Positions 34,952 through 47,090 of a stretch of DNA of 64,000 bases are shown one piece after another. Origin of the DNA: Entomortierella parvispora E1425 (lineage: Eukaryota; Fungi; Mortierellomycota); the NCBI GenBank assembly GCA_020891255.1, contig BQFW01000004.1, positions 2,046,001 through 2,110,000 of the forward strand, read 5' to 3'. The position numbers and the translations under genes were made by a program. The notes under the pieces are model-generated. The model saw nothing but the letters and a program-made list of their open reading frames with translations. It ran no database searches and was not told the DNA's origin. Position 1 is the stretch's first letter. Every line of letters begins with the position of its first letter.

Positions 34952-35854
34952 GTTGATTATGCTCAGAGTGTCAAATGTGAGTCAGAGATGCAGCGTTCCT
35001 GGAGATGGATTGTGATGCAGTTCTGGGCTTGGTTGGTGCGGATGCGCTCGGGGCTTGAGTGTTTACAGAGTCAATAGCACTGGTTGTTCCTGAAAGGCGG
35101 ATGGATGGATGAATGAATGACTCGGAATGAAAGAGAGAAAGAAAGAAGGAGGACAGAAAAAAGAAAGGAAAAAAAAGCGTCTTGATTTTTTTTTTTTTCC
35201 TTTCCTGAAAAAGAGTGGCCGATGCGAGTGAGTGGGTAGACTGCCGGGCCTAGCCACCGACCGCATTCCTCTGGCATACATATTCTCTCTGGTGCCCTCT
35301 TGTCTTTCGGTAGCCATCTTCTCGTTTCCAAGGAAGCGCTCCCCCAGCTCGAAAGGGCTGATGCGCTTTTCAGTCAGTCGGCCTGCCTTTCTTTCTTTAT
35401 TTGCTCGTTCATCTCTGCTCTCGTGCGTAGCACACGGACTCAATTAGGTAGGCCGATCTGGGTGTCCAGGAGCGTTTTTTTTTTTTTTTTTTTTTGGTCA
35501 AACCCCGCACTCCCCACACCACACGGCAACCACCTGCTCGACGTGATGCACAGCCATCCTCCCTCTCTTTGGCCCTCTGCGCAATCGGTCCCCTCTCGGC
35601 CTGCAGCCGACAAAGCGACGGTCAACCTGCAGCACCAGCACCAAGTTCAAGCTCGGTGGCAAAGGGGCAATTGAGAAAGGAAGGAGAAAGAGAATAAAAA
35701 AAAAAAAAAAAAAAAAGAGACGGCACAGCAGACACACAGTCACATTTCTGCCTTTTTCTTGCTTGCTTTGTTCATTCCATGCATCACCCTTCTCTCTCTC
35801 GTCTCCATACCCTCCACGCCCGCTCAACAAACCAGACTTCCCCGCACAATCTCC

Positions 35855-37053
35855 ATGGCCAAACCAATGTTTGCCCGCCGTCTCTCCAAGGAACTGAAAG
35901 GTTCGACCTTCCTCCATTCATCTTGGACAATTTCTCATTCTCTTCCTTGCCACGGCATTCCATACCTACGCGCACTTGTTTGCGTGCATGCACGTTCTTG
36001 TCTATTGGAGACCGACTATCTTTTGCAGCAACCCTGCTCGACAGCGATACTGAACCGACATGGGCCTCTTTTCCATAAAACATCCCTCTTTAGATCTGGC
36101 TATGAACCCGCCCGCAGGCGTCGATATCATTGACGCCAACGACTTCAAAGTGTAAATGAGTCTGCAACCAAAGTTGCATGGAGCCTAGGAGAAGTTCACA
36201 ATGGAACCAAAAAATCTGACTCGCTGTTGCCTTTACTACTTATAGTTGGAAGCTGGGTCTTGCTGGCGCCCCCGGAACTCTTTACGAGGTAAGACCTTAC
36301 GACCACTTGCCCATTGCCCATGTCATGCCTTCATTTATATGCCATCAACAGGCCAAAAACTAACAAGCGTTCTTGCTGTTGATAATCCACGTGATCCACA
36401 GGGTGAGAAGTTCCAGCTTGAGGTTCGTTTTTGACATCAGGACACAGTGAGAGGACAAAGACGGGAAGAGACAACAAAAGCAGACATCATCATGATCATT
36501 GGACATAAAAATCGGGATCTGGACTCGTTGCACAGAATCGCTGATCGGTCGTTTTTTTGCCACTCTCTCTCCTTATTCAGTTCAATTTTGGACCTAATTA
36601 TCCACTGGAGTCGCCACAGGTCCTTTTTGTAGGCGACAATGTGCCTATCCACCCACATGTGAGACTTTGTTTCATTCTAAGAGTGAATCCCAAGCTATGG
36701 AACAACGCGCGATCCAGGAAGTATGTCAGCTCAACACTCGTCATGTCATATTTTCATTTATTAGATCTACAGCAACGGTCATATTTGCCTGGATGTTCTC
36801 TACAATCACTGGAGTCCAGTGCAGACAGTGGCTTCGATATGCCTTTCCCTTCAGTCCATGTTGTCGAGCTGCACGAGTAAAGAGCGACCTCCAGATAACG
36901 CCAACTACATCAAGACAGCCAGAGCCAATCCAAAGCACACTGCATGGGCTTTCCATGGTAAGTAACTACAAACAATGATTTTTTTTTGATTTTTATTTTG
37001 ATCACTAATGTCTGAACGTCTTCTCTCGTTTCAAATTAGATGACACGGTCTAA
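35855..37053 (+). CDS. UBE2W: Ubiquitin-conjugating enzyme E2 W (N-terminal ubiquitylation E2), 7 small exons
   Basis: Spliced: ARRLSKELK|DLAMNPPAG..|WKLGLAGAPGTLYE|GEKFQLE|FNFGPNYPLESPQV..PIHPH|..YSNGHICLDVL..WSP..SMLSSC..RPPDN..NPKHTAWAFH|DDTV*. This matches UBE2W family features, including the terminal HDDT. Confidence 0.88.
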
Positions 37054-37508
37054 GAGGCATGTTGAGAATTTCGGTCTTGGAAGGGGCACTCTTGAGCAAA
37101 GTAAGGAGGACTGCAGAGTCTGCTAGTTCATTCTCACCAGTGTTAATAGGCTTTCAGTAGGATTATCGGACGCAAATGATCATCTTTATGCCTGGTTCGA
37201 GGGATCATTGGCGGTATAAATAGTCAAGCACGAACCAAGCAACTTCTGTTCAGAAGAATACGTGCAGAGGTAGAAATTAAAGATCAAAAAGAACTATGCA
37301 AAAACTTTGGGGTTGGTGACCATAGCTACAAGACGGACGAAATCGGAGCGTATTTGACATGGGTCCTGAGGCGACCAAGATCTGACTAATGGAGTGCGTG
37401 TTTTTTCTTTTCTTCTTTATTGCCCTGGTGGATCTATGTGATGGTGAATACAATACAATGTGGAATGCGAGGAAGAGGGGAGGTGGTGGAAAGGGGAGCG
37501 GATTTTTT

Positions 37509-38453
37509 TTACTGGTTCATGAGACGTCTCTCCAGCTTCTCAAACTCGAGCTGCGAGACCTCATCCTCCTCATCAAAGGCCTGCTCTACCGCGGTGACCT
37601 CAGGCACATAGTGCATCAACATGTTCTCAATACCGTTCTTGAGGGTCACAGTGGAGCTGTCGCAGGTGCGGCAAGCACCCTTCAACTTCAGCTTGACAAC
37701 ACCGTCCTCGAATCCACGGTATTCAATATCTCCACCATCGTCCTGGATCGAGGGGCGAATGCGGGTATCGAGCAATTCCTTGATCATCTGAACAGTCTCT
37801 GAATCGTCCTCGTGGATCATGGTGTCGCTGTGGATCGCATCGCCCTCGCTGCCCTCCGAGATGATGGGCTGTCCAGAAGCGAAAAAGTCCATGATGGCCG
37901 AGTAGACATCGGGCTTCATCAACTGCCAGACCGCATCCTGGTCCTTTGTGATAGTGACAAAATCGGGTCCAAAGAAAACACCCCGGACGCCGTCGATCTG
38001 GAAGAGCTTCTTGGCCAAGGGAGATCCCATAGCATTGCGAGCGTCCAAGAACTCTGCTGTCGATCCGTCCTTCATGACGGCAACTCCTGGCATGAACTTG
38101 AGCGAGTCCTGGTTGGGCGTGGTATCGGTTTGGATGAACATGGTGCGGACTAAACAAAAGAGGGAATATTAAAAGAGAAAACGAGGTCAATAAGAGTGAC
38201 ATCATGATTATCATGCCCAAAGGCAAAAAAGAGCAGTAGCGTGGGAGCAGAAGGTGCAGTGAGGTTATTTACGCTGTTGAGCGGCAAACTGGTTGGGCTT
38301 GATGGCGTGCATGGGCATCTGTTTCTGCATGGAGGACCAGGCTGCGGAGTTGCTGCGAAGAGTCCGAGCAGGAGCGATGGCAGCAGTCAAGAGCGTCCTC
38401 CTGGGGGCAGCCGCGAGGGCTCTGACGGTACGCTGTGGCAAGAGACGGAGCAT
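37509..38453 (-). CDS. NFU1: Mitochondrial Fe-S cluster scaffold NFU1 (2 exons, intron ~38150-38272)
   Basis: Arg/Ala-rich presequence, MFIQTDTTPNQDSLKF, ELLDTRIRPSIQDDGGDI, GACRTCDSSTVTLKNGIENML. Confidence 0.96.
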
Positions 38454-38487
38454 TGTGTGTCTATGTGAGTCTTTGCAAGAGTGAGCG

Positions 38488-38501
38488 GAGAGAGTGAGAG
38501 T

Positions 38502-38532
<31 letters not shown>
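38488..38532. repeat. (GA)n / (GAGAGT)n microsatellite upstream of NFU1
   Basis: gagagagtgagagtgagagtgagagagagagagagagagagag read directly. Confidence 0.9.
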
Positions 38533-39241
38533 GAGGGTGCGAAGGGGAGCAGGAGAGGAGGGATGTGTCAAGGGAATGGACGAAGGGAAGCGAAAAAGGA
38601 CCGACAACCCCGAGTCGGTCGGTGGCTTGTGGCTGTCACATCTCGCCTTGAAAGGCGTTCCTCCCCCGCGGATTTGGCTGATTCCTCCTCTTTACTCAGA
38701 CAGGTGCGACGACGGTGCAGGAAAGGGACGGAGACCCTCGTCCCTGGTTGGGCGGCTTTGTGACTGCCGCGGTGCTTTGCACGGCGCTACTGCAGGAATG
38801 TCGACGGGCGGAGCTTCTGCATGCGCTGGAAGCCTGGGTCTTGGACCCCATCGATGGCCATGCATCCATATCACCCGCTCCATGTTCACCAACCATCCAT
38901 CGATCTACATCGCCATGGCCATTGCCATCGACCCACATCCCTTCTGTAGAACCCATGTCCGACCACCCATCGACCCAGATATCTCGGAAAACATATCCCT
39001 CATCTATATACGCTCATCAAAAACAAGGCGGGATGCGACCAGGCCAGATGGAGCCATGAAAGCACTCACTTGGACGAAATCTTGACTATGGATGAACAAT
39101 GGCAGACAATCTCCATCATAAGAAATCATAGCAGAGATCTCATCGCATCAGGAGGATCCCACCTTTCATCTATCATACAGGAAACAAAAGGATCTAGTCT
39201 TAACCTTTACCCTATTGTTTTTTTGCCACAGATAATTCAGC

Positions 39242-40416
39242 ATGCTTATCCCCAAGCAGAACCGCAAGCTTATCTACGAGGCCCTCTTCAAAGGTGCGCA
39301 TGCAATGACAGGATGGCTATAGTCAAAGAAACAGAAGAATGGGAGCACACCCACATGGGGAACCTTTGATCCCATGTCTTTTTTTGGAGGACCACCTTTT
39401 TCTAACTCAATTTCTCAATCTTTTATTTTTTTTCCTCACCCAATTCTCCTTTAACCAACTCGGAATCAATGGAATCTACTGGACAACGACTCATGGATGA
39501 ACCTACAACGACCTTTCATGTGGACCCTATACGACTCTACACCTTTTTCGGGATACTGCAGATGGTGTCTTGGTCGCCAAGAAGGACTTCAACGCCCCCA
39601 AGCACGACGAGATCGATGTCCCTAACTTGCAGGTCATCAAGGCTCTCCAGTCCTTGGACTCCAAGCAGTACGTCAAGACCCAGTTCTCGTGGCAGTACTA
39701 CTACTACACCTTGACCGACGAGGGTATTGAGTACTTGCGCGAGTACCTCCACTTGCCTTCGGAGATCTTCCCCGCCACCTTCAAGAAGACCGTCCGCACC
39801 GGTGCTCCCCGCCGTGCTGGTAAGTTTCCTTTTTCACCCCATACCATTGTTTTCATGGGATACAGTTGATTGCGACAGTGTTTCGCGACTTTAGCAGTCA
39901 TTTGATGTCAAGGGCATGGACTTCACCTGGAAGAATTGACTGGCAAATAGCGGGACAAGCAACAAAATTGCAATGCAGGGAAAAGCAACGACACGCCCTT
40001 GAATACTGGAAAGGAGACAGGGGGTAGAGCGGGCAAATATATCTATTGTCTGCAAGGGTCCAGTCGTCAGAGCAGACTGATGTACTACTCGAAACGCCTA
40101 CGGGACTGTTATATGAGGCGCGAAATATATTCAATGGCGCAAGGGAGGGCCGGAGGAGACAAAGCAATCTTACTTTTTAAGGACCACAAAATCTCTTGGA
40201 ACATCGCAATTTAGCAAACATGTCCTGACCAACAATCGTATCCAATTTGTGTCACTTTTATCGTTCATAGAGCGTCCCGAGGGTGCTTACCGCCCCCGCG
40301 GTGACCGTGAGGACTACCGCCGCCGTGATGACGGTGAGAAGAAGGAGGGTGCCTCCGGTGACTACAAGCCCGAGTTCCGCTCTGGTTTGGGCCGTGGCCG
40401 TCCCGCTCCCCAATAA
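39242..40416 (+). CDS. RPS10: 40S ribosomal protein S10 (eS10), 3 exons
   Basis: [17 protein letters not shown]|[58 protein letters not shown]..|[19 protein letters not shown]. Exons 39242-39293, 39562-39819 and 40271-40416. Confidence 0.97.
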
Positions 40417-41622
40417 GCGACAAACCAGTTTTTTTTTCTACGGATCCTCTGAAAGGTCGTCTTTTTGAACAGGATCATTGGAACACCCGAGAGGTTTTTG
40501 TCCATTGAAGCAAACGACCGGTTGGGTCCGAGATTAGAATAAAAAGTCGTGCACAAATCCATAAAACTGTTTGGCTGGAAAAAAAAAATCTACACTCAAA
40601 TTTTGCCATGTATGCATGACTGACACAAAGTGGGTGGACATCGTGTTCACGAAATGTTTAAATTGATGATACCGATAGAAACCAAAACCACCTGGAAAGC
40701 CTAATATGGCACTGGGCAGACAAGAGGACAAGAGGGCAATGTGATGAAAGAGGCAAGGGAAACAAGGGGAAGTGGAAGGGAGAGTTTGCAAGTTAATTGC
40801 CAAAGGGAGGACAAGAAAGGGGATATGGGCAATGGAAATGAAGTGTAGCAGAGTGTTCTGTTGTCCTTGAGTTACCTTGGCTGGAGAAATACCCGGGTAC
40901 AGTACCATCATATCCATACATTTGCAACTCATTGTTCAATTATTTGAAAGTCAAAAAGCTGAAATTGTACCCCCCAGGAGGGTAATTACAGTACATGTAC
41001 AGGAGGGAAGCAGACAGTGGTTGACTGGAAGACATGGGCACACAGGTGAACAAAAACATAACAAAGGTAAAACTGTCCCGCGGTGTTGATTGTGTTGGTC
41101 CCAAGAACATACATGTCCAAACTCAGCCAGAGCAGGGGGCAGAGGGCATCGAAGACAGCGACAGCGACAGCAGGCAGGCTTGATGCACTGCAGATGATGA
41201 CAATATTCTCCGCCAGTGTTTGCCACTGAGATCTATAAATTGGCCGCGGTGCCCCTGTCTTGGTCCCCTGTTCCTGAACGATATCTTTCCTCCCAGCCTC
41301 TGTTTGCTGCTGCATCCTTCTTTTCTCTTCCTTCAATCTCCTCGCGTGCAACTCTTCACTGGCCCCTTCCCGTCCCTGCCCCTCTCATCCCTCCCTGCCT
41401 CTATACCCTACACCGTCTCTCCCTCTCCTACTCTCTGACTCTCTCCCCTCTTCAGATCTAACGACCCATCCAATTCATACAACCATAATTCTCTACCGAT
41501 ACCCGCACACAGCACACATTCCTCCTCTCTTTCCTTTTCTTTTTCTTTATTCTCTTTTCCTCTATCTCTCTCTCGCTCACGTATAAAACGTATACGCACA
41601 CAGCTGCCTACATATCGCCAAC

Positions 41623-43377
41623 ATGACCAGTCTACGAAAGAGCCAGTACTACTTTGGAGGGTTCCTCACCCTTTACATGTGCACTGGAATTGGTGCTCTG
41701 GTCCTTGGAAATATCTGGTTGACCCAATCCGTCGCTGGTGCCCCCAGAGATGCTGTGATCTCTCGAGCCATTGAGAAAGGTAAAAAAAAAAAAAAAGTCA
41801 GCGCATTCTTTCATTCATCATTCAGTTGCATTCACGCCCAAAAAAAGCCGTGCCCAAGCAGCCAACCACACAGCCAATATAAATAATGAGGCATGCAAGC
41901 GGGACAGACATGATTGGAAAGCGGGCGTAATTTAGTTCGATCGACTGTGCCTGAGTGGTGCCCAGCCCAGCAACCTTCAATTTGCCTATTTAATCCCCTT
42001 TTGTTGGATTGGATTATCCGGCCATGGTGGCACACACGATTCCACTCGCTGCCTTTCCTCCTCTTGTTCCGGCGCTTGCTCCTCCCTCCCATTCCTCTCA
42101 TGAGCACAAAGGAAGGAAAAGAACAGTGCACAAACACACCACGAAAGAGGCTCGACGGTCGGACAAAAGGACTAAAATTGCAGCGCCCACTTCCCCTACC
42201 CACAATTGTCTCTCTCCACATGTCGACAGTCAACAGCATCCCATTGTGCTCTCAAATTAATGAAAGAGAGAGACAGACAGAGAGGAAAGAAAAAAAAAAT
42301 CCGAGAGCGCAACCTGTTTCGTTGCCTTTTCCTCTTCATGACTTGTGGAATTCCCCCTCCTTTGTTCTAGTGCAACGTTGAATTAGTTATCAGATCGACC
42401 CACGAGTTCACTCTTCTGTCGTACAGCGCGATCCTAGATGGTTGTTCGACAGCCACCATCTCCTTTTTTTTCCTTTCACATTCAATTGACTGTTGGCCAG
42501 AACGAGAGGCGAGCCATCGCTTAACAGAACAAGTTGAAAGTACTTACAAAAACCACTTTTTTTTTGATGTCTTTTCTCTTTTTCTGCGCGATAATAATAG
42601 CTGGTACCATCATTGGAGGCATTGTCGCAGGCACAGCTTTGTTCGGATACGTCGGGGCCTTGTTTCCCGTCCGTCGCAAGGACGCTTTGATGTTGTTCAT
42701 CATTCTGTTGATTTGCGCCGTGTGCGCAGAACTGTCGCTTGGAGGCATCATCTGGTTCAAGACGCTCCGGATGCGTTCGCTGTTCTCTACCGAGTGGCTG
42801 ACATGGAGTGATGCACTCAAGGTTGCCTTCCAAGATATGGTACGCTTTTTTGTTTTTCCGCCTTCATTTAATTTTAAAAAAAAAACTTTTGGTCATGCCA
42901 ATTTCCCCTTTCATTTTTGACCAGATCTCTAACCTACAACTTTCCTGTGTTCCCCTGTCTCTTGTCTATGTCTACTCTCTCTCCTCTCTATGGACTCCAA
43001 TCCCCTCTCGCGCGTTTCTCTTTCCTACTCCTGCATGAACTCAATTGGGGGAAAAAAAAATTACACTTACTTGCCACTCATAGACGACATTGGCTGGTTA
43101 CGGTCAATGCTGCGGGTATCTGCAGGGTCAGAATGTGGTCTCCTCAGGGGCCTGCGCGGCCGCTAACGCCACCACGGTCTTTCCTGGATGTGAAGATAAG
43201 GTCTCGACCTTTGCTGACAGCTATCTCCGAAAGCTGTACACCTCCCTCTTTGGATTCACTGTTGTCAACGTCTTTTGTTTCATCAGTGGCGTCATCCTCA
43301 TCCAGGCCAGAAACGACGAGGAGCGGTATATTCGCATCGGCCGGAAAGAAGGTCGAACCTACATGGACTCTATCTAA
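41623..43377 (+). CDS. PLS1: Tetraspanin, PLS1-like (3 exons)
   Basis: Exons 41623-41779, 42601-42839 and 43084-43377. Four hydrophobic segments, EC2 with CCG plus two more Cys, and a C-terminal ARNDEERYIRI resembling the Pls1 tail. Confidence 0.75.
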
Positions 43378-43773
43378 TTGCTATCTGCGACGAAGGAAGA
43401 GACAAACGCCGCCACTACCATACATCAGCATACACTACATCCCACAGACGCGGCTAACAAAGAAAATCAAAGAAGAAAAAAAGAAAAAAGAAAAGAGGGA
43501 ATCATGGAACAAAAAAAAAGCGAAACGACTGTTCAGTAGGCAAGGAGGGTCCTTCATTTTCCCCCTTCACCATTGTATATAATTTACCATTCAAAAATAA
43601 AACAAGAATCCTCTTCATTTACATTTTCACAAGTCCACTATTTTCAATTGGCTGGGAAAGCAACAGGGAGTTAACAGGGGCTTCTGCTGAACATGACACG
43701 ATTAGGATTGCATCTGCGTATTTTTTTTTCCGATCTTCTTTAATGTATGGTGTATGTTGATGTTTTCAGAAAT

Positions 43774-45359
43774 CTACTTTTTTGACATGGTGTCATTAAA
43801 GAATCCTTTGCGCTTCTTTTCCATGGCGCTAAGATAGGGTGCCGTGATAGGCATCTGAACAGGAGCCAAAACCTTATAATCCTCGCTTCCAGTGTCTGGC
43901 AAAGCATAGGTCATGTCCGAATCGAATCCGCTCAAGTCTCCACAAGCTAAAAAGGGAACAATTGTCCTGTTTGATCGGCCTTGCGCGTCCGTTGGGGCTG
44001 GAAACAGGGAAATATAAAATTAGGGTACAGTATCACAGGGTATCCCTCCTTCCCCTATGTTTCAATACATTGCGTCTTTTTTGTCTTACCAAGATCCAGC
44101 ATAGGATCACCCATATTGGGCACGTAATCTGCTGGCGGGGTATAATCCTGGCAAACGATAAACGCCTCTGTTTTCATTCGTGACAACAACAAAGAAAACG
44201 CAATTTACGAGTCAGGGTCCGGTTATAGAACTTTTGTATACAATCGTCTCCAAAAAAGAAATTGACGCATCTCTTTACCGATACTCGAGTTTCTTGAACT
44301 CCTTGGTTTGCTGCAGGTCACCTTGGGGAAGAAGACCTTGAGTTGTGTGTAGAGCAGGGTGATATCCTTTCCACGGAAAATCTTTGCCACGAATGATCCA
44401 CCAGGTCGCAGCACATGGGTCGTGATGTTGAGGGCTGCCAACAAAAGCTGGGCTTGGATATATTCATCCATGTCGTGCAATCCAGTCACTATGAATAAGA
44501 AAGTCCGTGCAACTGTCAGCATCCATTCCTTTGAAGCCTCTGCACCATCTTTTTTTTCTTACCATCAGGAGCGCCATCACAGACGACAATGTCTGCCTTC
44601 TCACCATCAAAGTATGAAATGATTTGATCCGCGGTCGACTGTTTTGTGATGTCTCCTTGAAGTTGGATAACACCTGGAAGAGGAGCCTACATTACAAAAG
44701 ATCCAAGAATTGAACTGATCAGTAGGCTGCGTAAATTCAGATCGGTCAAGTTCCAAGCAGCATCTCGTTAACCGCACCATCGCTTGAAGATCCACTGCCA
44801 CGATCTTGGCCTCGTCGCCTTCCTTTTGGTTCTCGCTATGTTGTCGTTGTTGAGGGAAGAGAAACAAAGTCGGTCAGTCATTAAAAAGTCAAAATAAGCC
44901 ACAATCGGTCCGTCTTTTCGCGCCATGGAGTGTGAATGCCATACACAAGCTTCTTGCTCAAGACTTGGGACCAACTTCCTGGTGCGGCGCAGAGATCGAC
45001 AGCCTTTGTTACTCCTGCATAAGAAAATAAAAGATAGTCTCTTGATGAGCTTGCTGTTGCTATCAAAATTGTTGATCGACATCCAGATATTGAAGGGGGG
45101 ATCGCACCTTCCAGCAAGTTGAACTCCTCGTCAACCTGCATCAGCTTGAAGGCACTGCGAGCTCTCCATCCTTGCTCCTTGGCCATGCGATAGTACACAT
45201 CGCGCTTATCCTTGCTTGACTTTCCCTGCAATATGGAAAAATTTGAAAGCCAGGTATGAGTTGTGGTGGACAGTAAAGAGAGATGTCATTCGGAGCAATG
45301 TGCCACAATTGCCGCCACGGGTCCAGTTTTGTTGCTCTGCTGATTGGCCTGCGTACCAT
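43774..45359 (-). CDS. TRM7: tRNA (C32/N34) 2'-O-methyltransferase TRM7/FTSJ1, multi-exon
   Basis: M|[56 protein letters not shown]|[43 protein letters not shown]. Confidence 0.95.
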
Positions 45360-45570
45360 TGTCGATGTGGTTTATGGTGGAATGAATGCGAATGGAAGGA
45401 TGAACGTCTATGACAGCGACCGAGGTTTGAAAGACATACTTCCCAGCCTGGCCCAATAAGACCGCTTTTTGTTGACAATTTTCAGTGGCTTGCTGGGCCA
45501 CAACTGTGCTGTGCTGGCACTCTTCCCTTCACATTGCTCCTGAACAGACATTTCAACAAGCACTACGCCC
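45360..45570. promoter_or_regulatory. Compact divergent (likely bidirectional) promoter between TRM7 and SMN
   Basis: Only ~211 nt separate the two inferred ATGs (45359 on -, 45571 on +). Confidence 0.55.
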
Positions 45571-47090
45571 ATGGCAGACGAGAATACTTATGAGGATGGA
45601 GACTTTGAGGACGGCATGGAGGACGAGGACATGGCCCACGATGCCTTCTTGGATGAGGAGGAGGAAAATGTCGACATTGAAATTGGCGAAGAGATTCCAC
45701 TGGTACCGTGTCACTTTTGCCCAGTTACCAGCTTGATTGCAGGCATATTCTTGGACCTGCGCGCTTACAGTGGACATTTGTTTTTCTACTCGTAGACACA
45801 CGACGAAGTTTGGGATGACTCCGAGCTGATCGACGCTTGGGATCGCGCCGTGAAGCAATATGAGGTATAACTGATACCCAGCAAACGAAACGCCACCATT
45901 TTATCGACACTTGTTCTAACGTTCGCAACGCGTGCGCTTTTATTGAACCGCCAATAGGTATATCACAGCAAAGCAAACAGGGATACACGGATACCAACGT
46001 ATGTCTGCAGTCAACACTCGTTTGTCTAACAGAGCTGAGATCATGTTCAACCTGTACTGACAACATCATTTTTGCTTTCATTCTTTTTTTTAGAGCTGCG
46101 CCTTCGAAGACCAACAATGCCAAGGACAACACAATTTCAGAAGGAATTGCATTCACAAAACGTGCGAGGACAGAGGCCATGGGCGATAGTTCGTCGGGAA
46201 AAAAGGCGGCCACGGAATCGAATGTGAAATCAGTCAGAGACCAACCACAGAAGCAGAACGCATCTTCGTCATCTGACTATGCAGTGTCGGAACGGAAACC
46301 AAGCTTTAAGAAGGCAGAAAAGTCTGGATTTGGTCATTACAAGGCCCGTCAGCAAGGATACAATGATAATAGCAATAGCATCAGCGGCACCGGCACTACA
46401 GCAGGCAACAAAGGACTCAACACCAACATCAAGTCAAATGGAGGGCAATCAACTAAAAGGACTGCGCCTTCAGTGTCTCGGCCAAAATCATCTCCTCAAG
46501 CCTCCACACCACCTGTTTACGACGCAGAAACGATCGAGTATTACAGGCAGATGGGATACTCGTACGATCCTGACTACGCGGCGTCAGCAGCACAGGAGTC
46601 TGTAGCACAGGAGGAAGAAGAAAGTGCGGCTGTTGGAATTGATGATGAAGTCAGACAGCCAACCTCGACACAACGCGTTCGTCGACCTGCGTCTAGGGCC
46701 GCATCCCAAAGTGGCACTGCAGCACGAGCTATCCCGCCTTACCCATACCCACACTCCTTTGGGCATTATCCTGGCAACTCACCTCATATACCCACGCCGC
46801 AAGGAATGCCTAGAATCCCAAACATGTCGGGAGGGTCAGGATGGGGAAGGTCTGCATCTGTGCCTTTCGGACTTAATGCAGGAGGGCATGCTCATGCTCA
46901 GTTCTCTTACCCCGGTAGTATGATGCCTCCCGGACCGCCACCGCCACCTACCATGCCGATGACACCGCCCATGGCGGGTTCATTCACAGGAGGAAACTCC
47001 ATGGACGAAGAGGCATTGGGAAACCTAATCATGGCCTGGTATTACTCGGGATACTACACCGGCCTGTACCAAGCTTCTCAGAGGCGATGA
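45571..47090 (+). CDS. SMN1: Survival motor neuron (SMN) homolog, multi-exon
   Basis: DEVWDDSELIDAWDRAVKQYE (Gemin2-binding motif), poly-Pro, and C-terminal LGNLIMAWYYSGYYTGLYQ (YG box). Confidence 0.9.

Noticed and set aside
40076-40097. Hammerhead-like CTGATG...CGAAAC in the RPS10 intron
   Set aside because: The core must be CUGANGA (here CUGAUGU), and no stem II can form.
41194-41277. Possible C/D snoRNA (ATGATGA...CTGA...CTGA, 84 nt)
   Set aside because: No terminal stem, no C' box, no rRNA complement I recognise, and it overlaps a likely TATA (CTATAAAT) of the tetraspanin gene. A snoscan run would settle it.
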